In this document: positions 27,391-37,441 of the stretch, in pieces
Position numbering within the stretch: the first letter of the stretch is position 1
Layout: the number at the start of each line of letters is the position of its first letter
Program-made: the position numbers and the translations under genes
Origin: Nitrospinales bacterium
GTDB taxonomy: Bacteria > Nitrospinota > Nitrospinia > Nitrospinales > VA-1
Reading direction: 5' to 3'
DNA length: 64,000 bases
Assembly: GCA_965223345.1 (NCBI GenBank)
Contig: CBDCWG010000012.1
Coordinates: forward strand, 2,688,001 to 2,752,000
Notes under the pieces: model-generated
Told to the model about the DNA's origin: nothing
The model's input: the letters and a program-made list of their open reading frames with translations, nothing else
The model's database searches: none

Positions 27391-27630
27391 CTATTTCTTT
27401 TTCGGGCGGTACGGACCGGTGCGCATGTAGTTGTCGTTGAGCTTGACGTGCTCGTCCACCTGCACTTCCGCAGAGAGGTTGGAATCCCCGAACTCCTCCA
27501 ACTCCTTGAAAGCGGCGTCCTGGGATTTCTTCTTCAGCATCGTGGTCCGCTTTTTACGCGCGCGGACGGGTTTGGACTCGGTGGCTTCGCGGTATTTTTG
27601 CTTGTCCCGGTGTGAGATGTTGAGAATCAT
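27391..27630 (-). CDS. Small basic hypothetical protein
   Basis: 79 aa from ATG 27630 with GAGG upstream. Confidence 0.55.
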   Translation of the reverse strand: MILNISHRDKQKYREATESKPVRARKKRTTMLKKKSQDAAFKELEEFGDSNLSAEVQVDEHVKLNDNYMRTGPYRPKKK

Positions 27631-27724
27631 GGGGTTCCTCTCGAGAATATAAAAGAATCCAAACCCTGCACTCATATTTTATTATAAAATAGGCCTCTTT
27701 GCCTGAATCTGATAAAAAAATAGC

Positions 27725-29077
27725 ATGCCGGTTGAAAAAATAAAAGAAATCTTTGAATCCGCCGATCTCCCTGCGGAAAGTGTGCGCGCTCAGGTCGATG
27801 AGCTGGATCATTTTGAGATCGCGCGCCGGCTGCACGAGTTCCCGGTTGAGGAAAAACTGCGGATTTTCCACCTGTTGCCGGAAGTAAAACAGCAGGAACT
27901 GCTTTACGAGACCGACCAGGACAGCCGCCAGGAAATCCTCAAATCCCTGGACTCGGAGAATATCGCTCACCTGATCGAAGAAATGCCCGAGGATGAAGCC
28001 ACCGACATCCTCATGGAGCATCCGGAGGAAGAGCGGGAGGAAATCCTCGAAAAAATGGCCCCGACTGAGGCCAGCGTGATCAAGGACCTGATCAGTTACG
28101 GCGAGGAAACCGCAGGCGGGCTGATGGAACCCACTTTCAACAGGGTGCGGCCCAGCCAGACGGCGGCGGACATTCTGGTGCAGCTCAAGCGCGACCGCAA
28201 TCCGGAGGCGGCGCCCTATTTTTACGTCGTGGGCGACCGCAACGAACTGCTGGGGTTTTTCAAGCTGCGGGATCTGCTCAACGTGTCGGCCATCGCGCAC
28301 CCCGCCGAATTCATGCGTGAAGACACGCCCAGTGTGACACTGGACGACCCGTGCGAAAAGGTGGCCAATCTGATGGACCACGAACACCTCAGCGTGATTC
28401 CGGTGGTCAACGACCGCAACCAGATTCAGGGCGTGGTGACTTTCGACGACGTCATCAAGGCCATGCAGGACATCGCCAACGACGACTTTTACGCGATGGC
28501 GGGCAGCGACCGGGGCGACCCGTTCGCCAAGAAAACCGCGCGCAAGATCTGGGCGCGGGCTCCCTGGCTGTTCACGACGTTCATCGGTGGGTTGATCAGC
28601 GCGTTCATCATCGCCTCCTACAAGGACAGCCTGGCGGAATTCGCGACGGTGGTGCTGTTCATTCCGTTTGTGATCGGGCTGGCGGGCAACATCGCCATCC
28701 AGGGCGCGACGGTCATCGTGCGCGGCATGGCCACCGGCGACATTCAGGCGGACAATCTGGCGCGGGTGGTGAAAAGCGAAATCCTGGTGGGGTTGTCGAA
28801 CGGCCTGATCTTCGGCCTGCTCTGCGGGGTGCTCATCAGCGGGCTGGCGGTCACCGGCTTGCCGATCAAACCGATCCTCGGGGTCACCGTGGGCGCGGGC
28901 ATCGTCCTGGCGGTGGCGCTTTCCACGTTTCTGGGATCGCTGACGCCGATCGGTTTCATCAAGGCGGGAATCGATCCTGCGATCAGCACCGGGCCGTTCG
29001 TCATCGTGCTCAACGATATTTTAGGGTTGGCTGTTTACCTTGCCAGCACCGCGCTGATTTTTTCACAAATTTATTGA
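27725..29077 (+). CDS. mgtE: Magnesium transporter MgtE
   Basis: YGEETAGGLM, CBS pair, RAPWL, AGNIAIQ, IDPAISTGPF...ND. Confidence 0.93.
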   Translation: MPVEKIKEIFESADLPAESVRAQVDELDHFEIARRLHEFPVEEKLRIFHLLPEVKQQELLYETDQDSRQEILKSLDSENIAHLIEEMPEDEATDILMEHPEEEREEILEKMAPTEASVIKDLISYGEETAGGLMEPTFNRVRPSQTAADILVQLKRDRNPEAAPYFYVVGDRNELLGFFKLRDLLNVSAIAHPAEFMREDTPSVTLDDPCEKVANLMDHEHLSVIPVVNDRNQIQGVVTFDDVIKAMQDIANDDFYAMAGSDRGDPFAKKTARKIWARAPWLFTTFIGGLISAFIIASYKDSLAEFATVVLFIPFVIGLAGNIAIQGATVIVRGMATGDIQADNLARVVKSEILVGLSNGLIFGLLCGVLISGLAVTGLPIKPILGVTVGAGIVLAVALSTFLGSLTPIGFIKAGIDPAISTGPFVIVLNDILGLAVYLASTALIFSQIY

Positions 29078-29175
29078 ATCCAAGCGGTGCATTGCGTTTT
29101 AGGATTGGCGGTTTATCTCGCCGGCACGGCCCTGATCTTTGCGAGCGTTTACTGAATGCGGCTTCTGTGGAAGCG

Positions 29176-29430
29176 CTAGCCCTCCGCTTCCGGTTCTTCC
29201 AGTTCGATTTCGATCAGCGGGGTTTCGATCTCCACGTATTCCCCCTCCGACACGTAAAACTCCGTGACGCGCCCGTCCACTTCGGAAAGCAGCGTGAAAT
29301 AGCCCTCGGAGATGATTTCAGCCACGGCGGTGCCCTTCGCCACCTTGTCGCCTTTCTGCACCAGGAATTTGTCGATTTTCCCCGAAGTCATCGTGGGGTA
29401 CATGGGAGCCATCACGATGTAATCCTGCAT
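29176..29430 (-). CDS. Stand-alone lipoyl/biotinyl-like domain protein
   Basis: TMTSGKIDKFLVQKGDKV...DGRVTEFYVSEGEYV; GGAGG RBS. Confidence 0.75.
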   Translation of the reverse strand: MQDYIVMAPMYPTMTSGKIDKFLVQKGDKVAKGTAVAEIISEGYFTLLSEVDGRVTEFYVSEGEYVEIETPLIEIELEEPEAEG

Positions 29431-29572
29431 ATCCCTCCTCCAAAATAACGCGCACGGCCGCAACGCGCCGGCCGGGTTCGGTTTCTGAAAATTGGCGAAA
29501 AACAGTTATAATGGATTTCCACGCCCCAACTCAAGTCAACCCGGGCCGCGAGGCTCCCAGGAAGGTGCGATT

Positions 29573-29785
29573 GTGAAACTCAAGATCGGAGATGTCCTGT
29601 TCGAACCGCTCTCGCAGAACACGGGTGAAGTCACCGCGATCAACGAGCATCCGGACGGCAGGCTGGTGACCATCCGCTGGCGGGTCCAGGACCACCTGCC
29701 GCACGACACGGAACATTTTCACAAAAAGATCGTCCGCAGCATCGAGCGGGGCGAATACGAGTACACGCCGAAAGCCGGCTCCTGA
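29573..29785 (+). CDS. Small hypothetical protein
   Basis: GTG start, 70 aa, KLKIGDVL beta-barrel-like start. Confidence 0.55.
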   Translation: MKLKIGDVLFEPLSQNTGEVTAINEHPDGRLVTIRWRVQDHLPHDTEHFHKKIVRSIERGEYEYTPKAGS

Positions 29786-29806
29786 CGCAACCCGGGCCGA
29801 GGGGCC

Positions 29807-30091
29807 TCACTGTTTGTAAACGGTGTGCGACGGACGTCCGGCCAGAATGTTCTCCGCGCCCCAGTTGGTCACGTTCTTGAACTTGTCCGAACGGATGAAG
29901 CCGTTGAACGCTTCCTCGGAACTCCAGTCGGAAACGATGAGATAAGACTGCGGATCGTTGACGTCTTTGTACAGGAACGACTGGGTGTGCCCTTCCATGT
30001 CTTCCATCACTTTGAGCACCTTGTCGAACGCGTCTTCGAAAATCTTTTCCTTACCGGGGATCATTTTGTAGTTCATGCCGATGGTTACCAT
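29807..30091 (-). CDS. Antibiotic biosynthesis monooxygenase (ABM/IsdG-like) domain protein
   Basis: PGKEKIFE, YLIVSDWSSEEAF...SDKF. Confidence 0.85.
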   Translation of the reverse strand: MVTIGMNYKMIPGKEKIFEDAFDKVLKVMEDMEGHTQSFLYKDVNDPQSYLIVSDWSSEEAFNGFIRSDKFKNVTNWGAENILAGRPSHTVYKQ

Positions 30092-30142
30092 GATTTCTCC
30101 TGCTCTTTCCTCTCTGAACCGTTGCGGTTGTGAATCGGATGG

Positions 30143-30937
30143 TTAGGTCAAAATAAAATCGTAATCGCCCGACAGGCCGCCGCCGTCGGTTTGCCGGTAT
30201 TCCACGATCAGGCTCTCCTGTTCCTCGCGCGTCAAGCGCCGGTCCCGCAGAATGAAATCGCGGTCGTTGAGCTCCTGCACCAGCTTGTTGTCGTTCAACG
30301 CCTCTCCCTTGAAATAGAGCTGCGTCACCTTTTGCGGCATTCCCGGTGCGCTGACCAGAAAATGCAGGTGCGGCGGGCGGAACACGCGGCCTCTGGGGTC
30401 GATCGGGTAATAGCCGGGGACGATGGTTTTGAATTCGTAGTTGCCGTTTTCGTCGGTGAGGCAGCGTCCCCAGTACTGAAAATGCGGGTCGTGCTCGCGT
30501 TCCACCCACTCGCCGGTTTCGGGATGCTTGAAGCGCGTGTTGTCCTCATCGCCGCGGTGGTTGTAGCGGCCGCTGGCCGACGCGTTCCACAGGATGACGA
30601 CGGCGCCCTTCTGCGGCGCGCAGCTGCCGTCTTTTTCGGACAGAACCCGGCCCTTGAGTGTGACGACCTGCCCCTGGGCTCTGCCCTTTTTCCCCTTGAT
30701 GAAGGTCAGGTCGTTGTCGTTGGCCTGATGGATGGGCAGGCTGAAGTCCGGGCTTTCGCGGATGGCATGCACCGGGTCGCCGTCGTCCGGGAAAAACGGT
30801 CCCAGCGTCTGCGGCGGCGTGGGCAGCCGGCAGAGTTTCCCCCAGGCCGACGAAGCGGCCAGCGTTCCCAGGAAAGCCCCCGCAGCGGTGAGGGTTTTTG
30901 TCATGAAACGGCGTCTGGAAAAACGGGATCGGGACAT
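30143..30937 (-). CDS. Tat-exported intradiol ring-cleavage dioxygenase-like protein
   Basis: SRRRFM Tat motif; GPFFP, GRYNH, PGYYP, RPPHLHF, TQLYF. Confidence 0.85.
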   Translation of the reverse strand: MSRSRFSRRRFMTKTLTAAGAFLGTLAASSAWGKLCRLPTPPQTLGPFFPDDGDPVHAIRESPDFSLPIHQANDNDLTFIKGKKGRAQGQVVTLKGRVLSEKDGSCAPQKGAVVILWNASASGRYNHRGDEDNTRFKHPETGEWVEREHDPHFQYWGRCLTDENGNYEFKTIVPGYYPIDPRGRVFRPPHLHFLVSAPGMPQKVTQLYFKGEALNDNKLVQELNDRDFILRDRRLTREEQESLIVEYRQTDGGGLSGDYDFILT

Positions 30938-31049
30938 GGCGCCTTCCTTCTCAGATGGCAAGGGAATCCTTCGGTTCGTCTTGAAGTTTGCAACCATTTT
31001 ATACCATGCGCCCGGGCTTCCAACAGTTGGAATTTGCCCGCTGTGCGTC

Positions 31050-31424
31050 TCAGTATTCCTCGAGGGTGAACAGGTCTTGCTCCCAGGCGGTGCGGTAAAA
31101 ATCCGGATCGCGGATGATGCGGTTGCGCACGACCAGCGCCGCCTTGGATTTCATGGACAGCGGCAGGGTGCCGGACAGGGCGAACACCAGCACGCCCAGC
31201 CAGGAGGTGTCGAAGCGGTCCAGCGGAAACTCCAGGTTGCCGAGAAAGCTGATCAGGATGCCGATCAGCATTCCGGAAACCGCGAGGCAGGCCAGAACGA
31301 TCTGGGCGCGCCGCGGCCCGTCGCCGGCCAGCCCCTTGCGCACGCTGTGGAAGGCTTTTTTCTCGTCGATGTGGATCTTGACGTTGCCGGTCGCCCAAAG
31401 ACTTTCAAATTGTCTGCGGTCCAT
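31050..31424 (-). CDS. Two-TM membrane protein
   Basis: 124 aa, AGGAG RBS, two hydrophobic helices. Confidence 0.65.
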   Translation of the reverse strand: MDRRQFESLWATGNVKIHIDEKKAFHSVRKGLAGDGPRRAQIVLACLAVSGMLIGILISFLGNLEFPLDRFDTSWLGVLVFALSGTLPLSMKSKAALVVRNRIIRDPDFYRTAWEQDLFTLEEY

Positions 31425-31549
31425 CGTTCTCCTGGAAAACCTCTGTTATGTGCGGGATGATGAAGTCCGGTACTCTAAAGTTTTTCAAACTGCTTGCGGT
31501 CCATGTTTTCCTGAAAAATTTCTTATTGTTAGCGAACCCGTTGCAAACC

Positions 31550-31572
31550 GTCACCCTGAGCCTGTCGAAGGG
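31550..31572. repeat. REP-like repeat, copy 2
   Basis: GTCACCCTGAGCCTGTCGAAGGG. Confidence 0.8.
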
Positions 31573-31612
31573 TGCGGGATGATGGCGCAGTTGCGCATGG
31601 AGCAAAAATAAC

Positions 31613-31638
31613 AAAAGGCCCCAACGGGCGCTGGGGCC
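31613..31638 (-). terminator. Putative terminator downstream of hspQ
   Basis: GGCCCCA/TGGGGCC stem followed by TTTT on the minus strand. Confidence 0.45.
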
Positions 31639-31761
31639 GACGCAGAATTATGGATCAAATTTCAAATGCGATCAACGGCGATTTTTCGGGTGCGGTGCGG
31701 AATGCGGTTTCGGGGCAGCGGCGGCTGCGGGCCGCCTATAGGGGGATGGCGGCGGGGCGGC

Positions 31762-32004
31762 TCAGTTCAGCACGATCAGGTCCGGCTCGAGATTGCGTTC
31801 GGCGACGTAGGTCATGCGGGTTCCGTTGTGCACGCGCACGTGGTACCAGGGCTGGTCCTTGGGCGGGCGGCTGCGGGCCATGGTCTCGTACCATTCGTCG
31901 GTCTGCTTGAATTCCAGGTCCACGCCCACGATGACGCCACGGTAGTCGAACAGCTTGTGATGGATGAGTTGCCCGATACAAAATTTTGCTTTGGTTGCGC
32001 TCAT
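31762..32004 (-). CDS. hspQ: Heat shock protein HspQ (YccV-like), short
   Basis: AKFCIGQLIHHKLFDYRGVIVGVD, QPWYHV, TYVAERNL. Confidence 0.85.
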   Translation of the reverse strand: MSATKAKFCIGQLIHHKLFDYRGVIVGVDLEFKQTDEWYETMARSRPPKDQPWYHVRVHNGTRMTYVAERNLEPDLIVLN

Positions 32005-32398
32005 TTCATGTCTCCAGCGTCTTGGTGTATTCGATGCATCACGTCTGAACTCAAATGGGGCGCTTCTGTCAATCACTCAGGGCCCGGGCTCTCCTCGCAG
32101 ACGAGGGACCGCGCATCCTTGAAGAAACCATTGAAATGTTTGGAGGTTCGCTTTTGTTTCCGGGTTGTACGAGTTTTTCCGGGGAGGGACGGTCGTTTCA
32201 GGGAAACCCTCGTAGGCGTCTTGTCGCTCAGGTTGAACCGGCCGATCCCTTCCCTAATGTAGCAAAGAATAAAAATTTGCAAAGATTTTTTTGTGAAAAC
32301 GAGGCCCGGCGCGGGGGTGCGCCCGGAGGAAATTCAGCGCCCTGGGCAAGGGGTGAAGAAAACGGGTGTTTTGGCGGCCGTCCGCGGAACCCGCAGGC

Positions 32399-33112
32399 TC
32401 AGTTCCCGCCGGCCACGAAGCGGGACAGCGCCATTTTGGCGGCGGCCTGCTCCGCTTCCTTTTTGCTGCGTCCCTTGCCCTTGCCTTTGATCTCTTCCTT
32501 CACCAGCACGATCACCTCGAACTGCTTCTGGTGGTCGGGGCCGGTTTCGCGCGTGACCTTGTAGGTGGGGATGCAGATGAGTTTGTTCTGGGTGTATTCT
32601 TGCAGGTCGCTTTTGTAGTCGCGAAACGTGCGCGTGTCCACGAAGCGGGTGATCTCGCGCGACAGCACGGGAAGCAGCACGCGGGAGGTTTCCTGAATGT
32701 CGCTGTCGCGGTAGATGGCGCCGGCCACCGCTTCGAAGGCGTTTGCCAGCAGAGAGGTCTTGTCCCGCCCGCCGGAAAGTTCCTCACCGCGGCCGAGCAG
32801 CAGGTATTCCCCGAGCCGCCATTCGCGCGCCAGCCCGGCGAGGCAGGATTCGTTGACCACCGCGGCGCGCACTTTGGAAAGCGCGCCTTCCTTGAAATCG
32901 ACGTATTTTTTGAACATGTAGTCGCTGACCACCAGGTCGAGGACGGAATCGCCGAGGAATTCCAGCCGTTCGTTGTGCTTGAGGTCCTCGTCGGTTTCGT
33001 TGACGTAGGATTTGTGGGTCAGCGCTTTGTTGAGGAGAAAAAGATCCTTGAAGGTGTAGCCCAGCGTTTTCTGAAATGCCAGTAGAGCCTGTGTGCGTTC
33101 TTCGGACAGCAT
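32399..33112 (-). CDS. rnc: Ribonuclease III
   Basis: ALTHKS, NERLEFLGDSVL, C-terminal dsRBD (GRSKKEAEQAAA). Confidence 0.97.
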   Translation of the reverse strand: MLSEERTQALLAFQKTLGYTFKDLFLLNKALTHKSYVNETDEDLKHNERLEFLGDSVLDLVVSDYMFKKYVDFKEGALSKVRAAVVNESCLAGLAREWRLGEYLLLGRGEELSGGRDKTSLLANAFEAVAGAIYRDSDIQETSRVLLPVLSREITRFVDTRTFRDYKSDLQEYTQNKLICIPTYKVTRETGPDHQKQFEVIVLVKEEIKGKGKGRSKKEAEQAAAKMALSRFVAGGN

Positions 33113-33119
33113 GACGCCT

Positions 33120-34358
33120 CTAATCGCTGCATTGCCGGAAGATGATGACGGCGTTGGTGCCGCCGAACCCGAAGGAGTTGGAAAGGGCCGCCTGGATTTT
33201 CTTTTCCCGAGCCTGGTTGGGGACGTAGTCGAGATCGCATTCCGGATCCGGCGTGGTGTAGTTGATGGTCGGAGGCAGCACGCCGCGCGACAGGGCCAGC
33301 AGGGAATACACGGCCTCGACGCCTCCCGCGCCGCCGAGCAGGTGGCCCGTCATCGATTTGGTGGAGCTGACGGCGAGCGTTTTGGCGTGGCTGCCGAATA
33401 CGGTTTTGATGGCCATGGTTTCGGTGGCGTCGGCGATGGTGGAGGTGCCGTGCGCGTTGATGTAATCGATGTCTTCGGGATTCATGCCCGCGTTTTCCAG
33501 GGCTTTTTTCATGCAGCGCGCGGCCCCCTCGCCTTCCGGTGCGGTCGAGGTGATGTGGTGCGCGTCGCCGTTCAGGCTGTAGCCCGCCACTTCGCCGTAG
33601 ATTTTCGCGCCGCGCTTTTTCGCGGATTCCATTTCCTCCAGCACCACGACGCCGCAGCCCTCGCCGATGACAAACCCGTCGCGGTCCTTGTCGAACGGCC
33701 GGCTGGCTCCCTGGGGATCGTCGTTGCGGGTGGAGAGCGCCTTGGCGGAGCTAAAGCCGCCGACGCAAAGCGGTGTGATCACCGATTCGGTACCGCCGGC
33801 GATCATCGCGTCGGCCTCGCCGTACTGGATCAAGCGTGCGGCGTCGCCGATGGCGTGGGTTCCGGTGGCGCAGGCGGTGGTGACGCAGGTGTTGGGGCCT
33901 TTGGCGCCGTACTGGATGGACACCTGCCCCGACGCCAGGTTGGCGATCATCATCGGGATCAGAAAGGGGCTGATCTTGCGCGGGCCCCGGTCCCGGTACA
34001 GGTCGTAATATTTTTCGATGGCGGGAAGGCCGCCGAGTCCGGCCCCGATCAGGACTCCGGTGCGCTCGGCGTTGGCTCCGTTGATCTGGAATCCGGAATC
34101 TTCCATGGCGAACTGGCTGGAGACCACGGCGAAATGGATGAACGCATCCATTTTCTTGACGTCCTTGTGGTCGATGTACTGGACGGGATCAAAGTCTTTC
34201 ACCTCGCCGGCGATCTTGACGGCGAACGCTTCCGTGTCGAACTTGGTGATGGGACCGATTCCGGACCTGCCGGCGGTCAGCCCCGCCCAGTTTTCCTCCA
34301 CTCCAACCCCCAGGGGAGAAATCACTCCCATCCCGGTAACTGCGACGCGTCTCTTCAT
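33120..34358 (-). CDS. fabF: Beta-ketoacyl-ACP synthase II
   Basis: [27 protein letters not shown]. Confidence 0.97.
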   Translation of the reverse strand: MKRRVAVTGMGVISPLGVGVEENWAGLTAGRSGIGPITKFDTEAFAVKIAGEVKDFDPVQYIDHKDVKKMDAFIHFAVVSSQFAMEDSGFQINGANAERTGVLIGAGLGGLPAIEKYYDLYRDRGPRKISPFLIPMMIANLASGQVSIQYGAKGPNTCVTTACATGTHAIGDAARLIQYGEADAMIAGGTESVITPLCVGGFSSAKALSTRNDDPQGASRPFDKDRDGFVIGEGCGVVVLEEMESAKKRGAKIYGEVAGYSLNGDAHHITSTAPEGEGAARCMKKALENAGMNPEDIDYINAHGTSTIADATETMAIKTVFGSHAKTLAVSSTKSMTGHLLGGAGGVEAVYSLLALSRGVLPPTINYTTPDPECDLDYVPNQAREKKIQAALSNSFGFGGTNAVIIFRQCSD

Positions 34359-34388
34359 CGGACCACTTCGGATACGGAGTTGGGGGGA

Positions 34389-34622
34389 TCAGTTGGTGCG
34401 GCTTTTGATATAGTCGATCGCGTTCTGCACAGAGGCGATCTTTTCCGCTTCTTCATCGGGTATTTCAATGTCGAACTCCTCTTCCAGCGCCATCACCAGT
34501 TCGACGGTGTCGAGGGAGTCGGCGCCCAGATCTTCGATGAAGGAAGCCTCCGGAGCGACCTGCTTCTCATCCACACCCAGTTGATCGACAATGATCTCTT
34601 TAACTTTCTCTTCAACAGACAT
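34389..34622 (-). CDS. acpP: Acyl carrier protein
   Basis: [20 protein letters not shown]. Confidence 0.98.
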   Translation of the reverse strand: MSVEEKVKEIIVDQLGVDEKQVAPEASFIEDLGADSLDTVELVMALEEEFDIEIPDEEAEKIASVQNAIDYIKSRTN

Positions 34623-34645
34623 AATTTTAGAACTCCTAAGGGAAA

Positions 34646-35386
34646 TTACATCAACATGCCGCCGTTAACATTAATCACCTGTCCGGTTATATAACCCGCG
34701 CTGTCGGAAACCAGAAAGGAGACACAACGCGCCACATCCTCCGGTTGTCCCAGGCGGGCCAGAGGAATCTGTTCGATCAGCTTCTGTTTGACCGCCTCGT
34801 CGAGCACCCGGGTCATTTCCGTGTCGATGAAACCCGGGGCCACCGCGTTGACGGTGATGCCGCGCGAGGCCACTTCCCGCGCCGTTGTTTTGGTCAGGCC
34901 GATGACTCCAGCCTTGGAGGCGGAGTAGTTCGCCTGACCCAGATTGCCCATCACCCCCACGATCGAAGCGATGTTGACGATGGAGCCGCTCTTCTGTTTC
35001 ATCATCTGCTTGACCGCCTGCTGCGAACACAGGAAGCAGCCCTTCAGATTGATCGACAGGACTCGGTCCCAGTCGCCTTCCTTCATGCGCATGATCAGCC
35101 CGTCTTTGGTGATCCCCGCGTTGTTCACGAGGATGTCCAGGGGCTTGCGCTCTTTCAGAATGGAATCGAACGCGGACTGCACGTCTTCCTGCGATGAGAC
35201 ATCGAGCTTCACCGAAGAGGCCGAGCCGCCGTTTTTGCGGATGGCCTCGGCGGAGGCTTCCGCGCCTTCCTGGTTCACATCACCCAGGACGACGTGCGCG
35301 CCTTCGCGGGCGAGCTCTTCGCCGATGGTTTGTCCGATTCCACGCGCGCCCCCGGTGACGAGGGCGACTTTGTCTTTTAATTGCAT
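34646..35386 (-). CDS. fabG: 3-oxoacyl-ACP reductase
   Basis: [21 protein letters not shown]. Confidence 0.96.
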   Translation of the reverse strand: MQLKDKVALVTGGARGIGQTIGEELAREGAHVVLGDVNQEGAEASAEAIRKNGGSASSVKLDVSSQEDVQSAFDSILKERKPLDILVNNAGITKDGLIMRMKEGDWDRVLSINLKGCFLCSQQAVKQMMKQKSGSIVNIASIVGVMGNLGQANYSASKAGVIGLTKTTAREVASRGITVNAVAPGFIDTEMTRVLDEAVKQKLIEQIPLARLGQPEDVARCVSFLVSDSAGYITGQVINVNGGMLM

Positions 35387-35404
35387 GCGGCGGCCTTCAC
35401 ATTA

Positions 35405-36340
35405 TCACGATTTGAGGGCAGAAACGGTCTGCTCCAGGGTCTTGCGGTCCTCGACCTGAAAACATTGGATCCCCTTGTCGAACCTGCGCATCAACCCGGA
35501 CAGCACTTTTCCCGGCCCCAGCTCGACCACCGCCTCGATTCCCGAATCCACGATGGTTTGCATGGTTTGCGACCAGCGGACGGGGCTGCACACCTGTTGC
35601 CTCAACGCTTCCCTTGCTTGTCCGCCGCTGGAATTGGGTTTTGCATCGATGTTGGTGATGACGGGAAAGGACAGATCTTGAAATTCGGTTTGTTCAAGTT
35701 CCTTCTGAAGCTTCACTTCTGCGGGCTTCATGAGGGGACAATGAAATGGGGCGCTCACGGGAAGCATCACCGTCTTTTTTGCGCCCTGCCGTTTGGTTTC
35801 CTCGGAAACCTTCTCGACAGCTTCCTTGTGGCCGGCGATCACGGTCTGCTGCGGGCTGTTCAGGTTGGCGGGCGAAACCAGACTGCTTTCGGTCGAGATC
35901 TCCTTGCACAATTGCGTGATGGTTTCCACCGGCAACCCGATGATGGCCGCCATGCCCCCCACTCCGACCGGAACCGCCTCCTGCATGAACTGTCCGCGCA
36001 ACCGCACCACACGCACGGCGTCCTCGAAGCGAAGTGCGCCCGCGGCGACCAGGGCGGAGTACTCCCCCAGGCTGTGGCCCGCCGCCAGTACGGAATCTAT
36101 ATCATGTTCCCTCAACAACTTCAAGGCTATAATACTGTGCACCAAGAGCGCGGGCTGTGTGTTTTCAGTGAGATTCAGGGCGTCTTCCGGGCCTTCGAAG
36201 CAGATGGATTTGAGATCCACGCCCAGGACTTCGCCCGCGGTGTCGAAGAGTTTTTTCGCGGCGTCGGAGGAATCGTGGAAATCCTTGCCCATTCCCACCG
36301 TTTGCGATCCCTGCCCCGGAAACAAAAAAGCGATTTTCAA
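35405..36340 (-). CDS. fabD: Malonyl-CoA:ACP transacylase
   Basis: FPGQGSQ, GHSLGE, SAPFH. Confidence 0.97.
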   Translation of the reverse strand: MKIAFLFPGQGSQTVGMGKDFHDSSDAAKKLFDTAGEVLGVDLKSICFEGPEDALNLTENTQPALLVHSIIALKLLREHDIDSVLAAGHSLGEYSALVAAGALRFEDAVRVVRLRGQFMQEAVPVGVGGMAAIIGLPVETITQLCKEISTESSLVSPANLNSPQQTVIAGHKEAVEKVSEETKRQGAKKTVMLPVSAPFHCPLMKPAEVKLQKELEQTEFQDLSFPVITNIDAKPNSSGGQAREALRQQVCSPVRWSQTMQTIVDSGIEAVVELGPGKVLSGLMRRFDKGIQCFQVEDRKTLEQTVSALKS

Positions 36341-36418
36341 AACGGAGTGCCTCCCCTCAAGCGTTGGTTTGTGAATCGGCGGACGCCGCGCCGCGGCGTA
36401 CGGCTTTTTCTGAAAACA

Positions 36419-37426
36419 TCACCATTGCACCAGCGCCGAACCCCAGGTCAAGCCCGCGCCCACGACCGCAAGCAGCATCAGGCAGCCGGGCTGGATGCGT
36501 CCCGCTTCCTTCGCCTCATGGATGGCGATGGGAATCGAGGCCGCCGAGGTGTTGCCGTACTTGTCGATGTTGACGAACACTTTGTCCGGGCAGATCTTCA
36601 GTTTGCTGGTCACCGCGTCGATGATCCGCTTGTTGGCCTGATGCGGAACGACGAGGTCCACGTCGTCGCAGGTGCGCCCGTTGAACTCGAGCGCCTCGAC
36701 GCTGACGTCGGTCATGCGTTTCACGGCGGCCTTGAAGGTGGCGTTGCCGGACATCTTGATGCAGTAATCGGTGCCGTTCATCATCGCGGACGCGTTGCGG
36801 TTTCTGCCGATGCCGCCGGGAACTACGATCAGGTCGGACAATCCGCCGTCGGAATAGACGTGGGTGGACAGCACGCCGCGCGGTTCGGTGTTTTCCGTGC
36901 GGCGGAGCACCACAGCGCCGGCGCCATCGCCGAACAGGATGCAGGTGGAGCGGTCGGTCCAGTCCACGATGCGGGAGTTGACCTCGCTGCCGATCAGCAG
37001 GATGTGACGGTAGCGACCGCTTTTCAGATACTGCTCGGCGATTGACAGGCCGTACACGAAACCGGAGCACACCGCGGAAACATCGTAGGCCGCCGCCCGT
37101 TCGGCCTTGATTTCTTTCTGCACGAAACACGCGGTGGCGGGGAACAGGATGTCCGGCGTCGAGGTGCAGACGATGATCATGTCGATGTCGTTGGGGGTCA
37201 GCTCCGCCGCGCCGAGCGCCTGCCGGGCCGCGTGCGCCGCCAGCACCGAAGAGGATTCGCTTTCGCAGGCGATCCGGCGTTCGCGGATGCCGGTGCGGGT
37301 GCGGATCCATTCGTCCGAGGTGTCGAGGGTTTTTTCCAGATCCTGGTTGGTCAGGATTTTTTCGGGCAGGTAGAACCCGGTTCCGACGATTTCAGCCCCG
37401 TAGGGGGTGGTGGTTTGATTTCGCAT
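36419..37426 (-). CDS. fabH: Beta-ketoacyl-ACP synthase III
   Basis: AVCSGF, FGDGAGA, PHQAN, GNTSAASIP. Confidence 0.96.
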   Translation of the reverse strand: MRNQTTTPYGAEIVGTGFYLPEKILTNQDLEKTLDTSDEWIRTRTGIRERRIACESESSSVLAAHAARQALGAAELTPNDIDMIIVCTSTPDILFPATACFVQKEIKAERAAAYDVSAVCSGFVYGLSIAEQYLKSGRYRHILLIGSEVNSRIVDWTDRSTCILFGDGAGAVVLRRTENTEPRGVLSTHVYSDGGLSDLIVVPGGIGRNRNASAMMNGTDYCIKMSGNATFKAAVKRMTDVSVEALEFNGRTCDDVDLVVPHQANKRIIDAVTSKLKICPDKVFVNIDKYGNTSAASIPIAIHEAKEAGRIQPGCLMLLAVVGAGLTWGSALVQW

Positions 37427-37441
37427 CAGGCTTTCAGGCAA

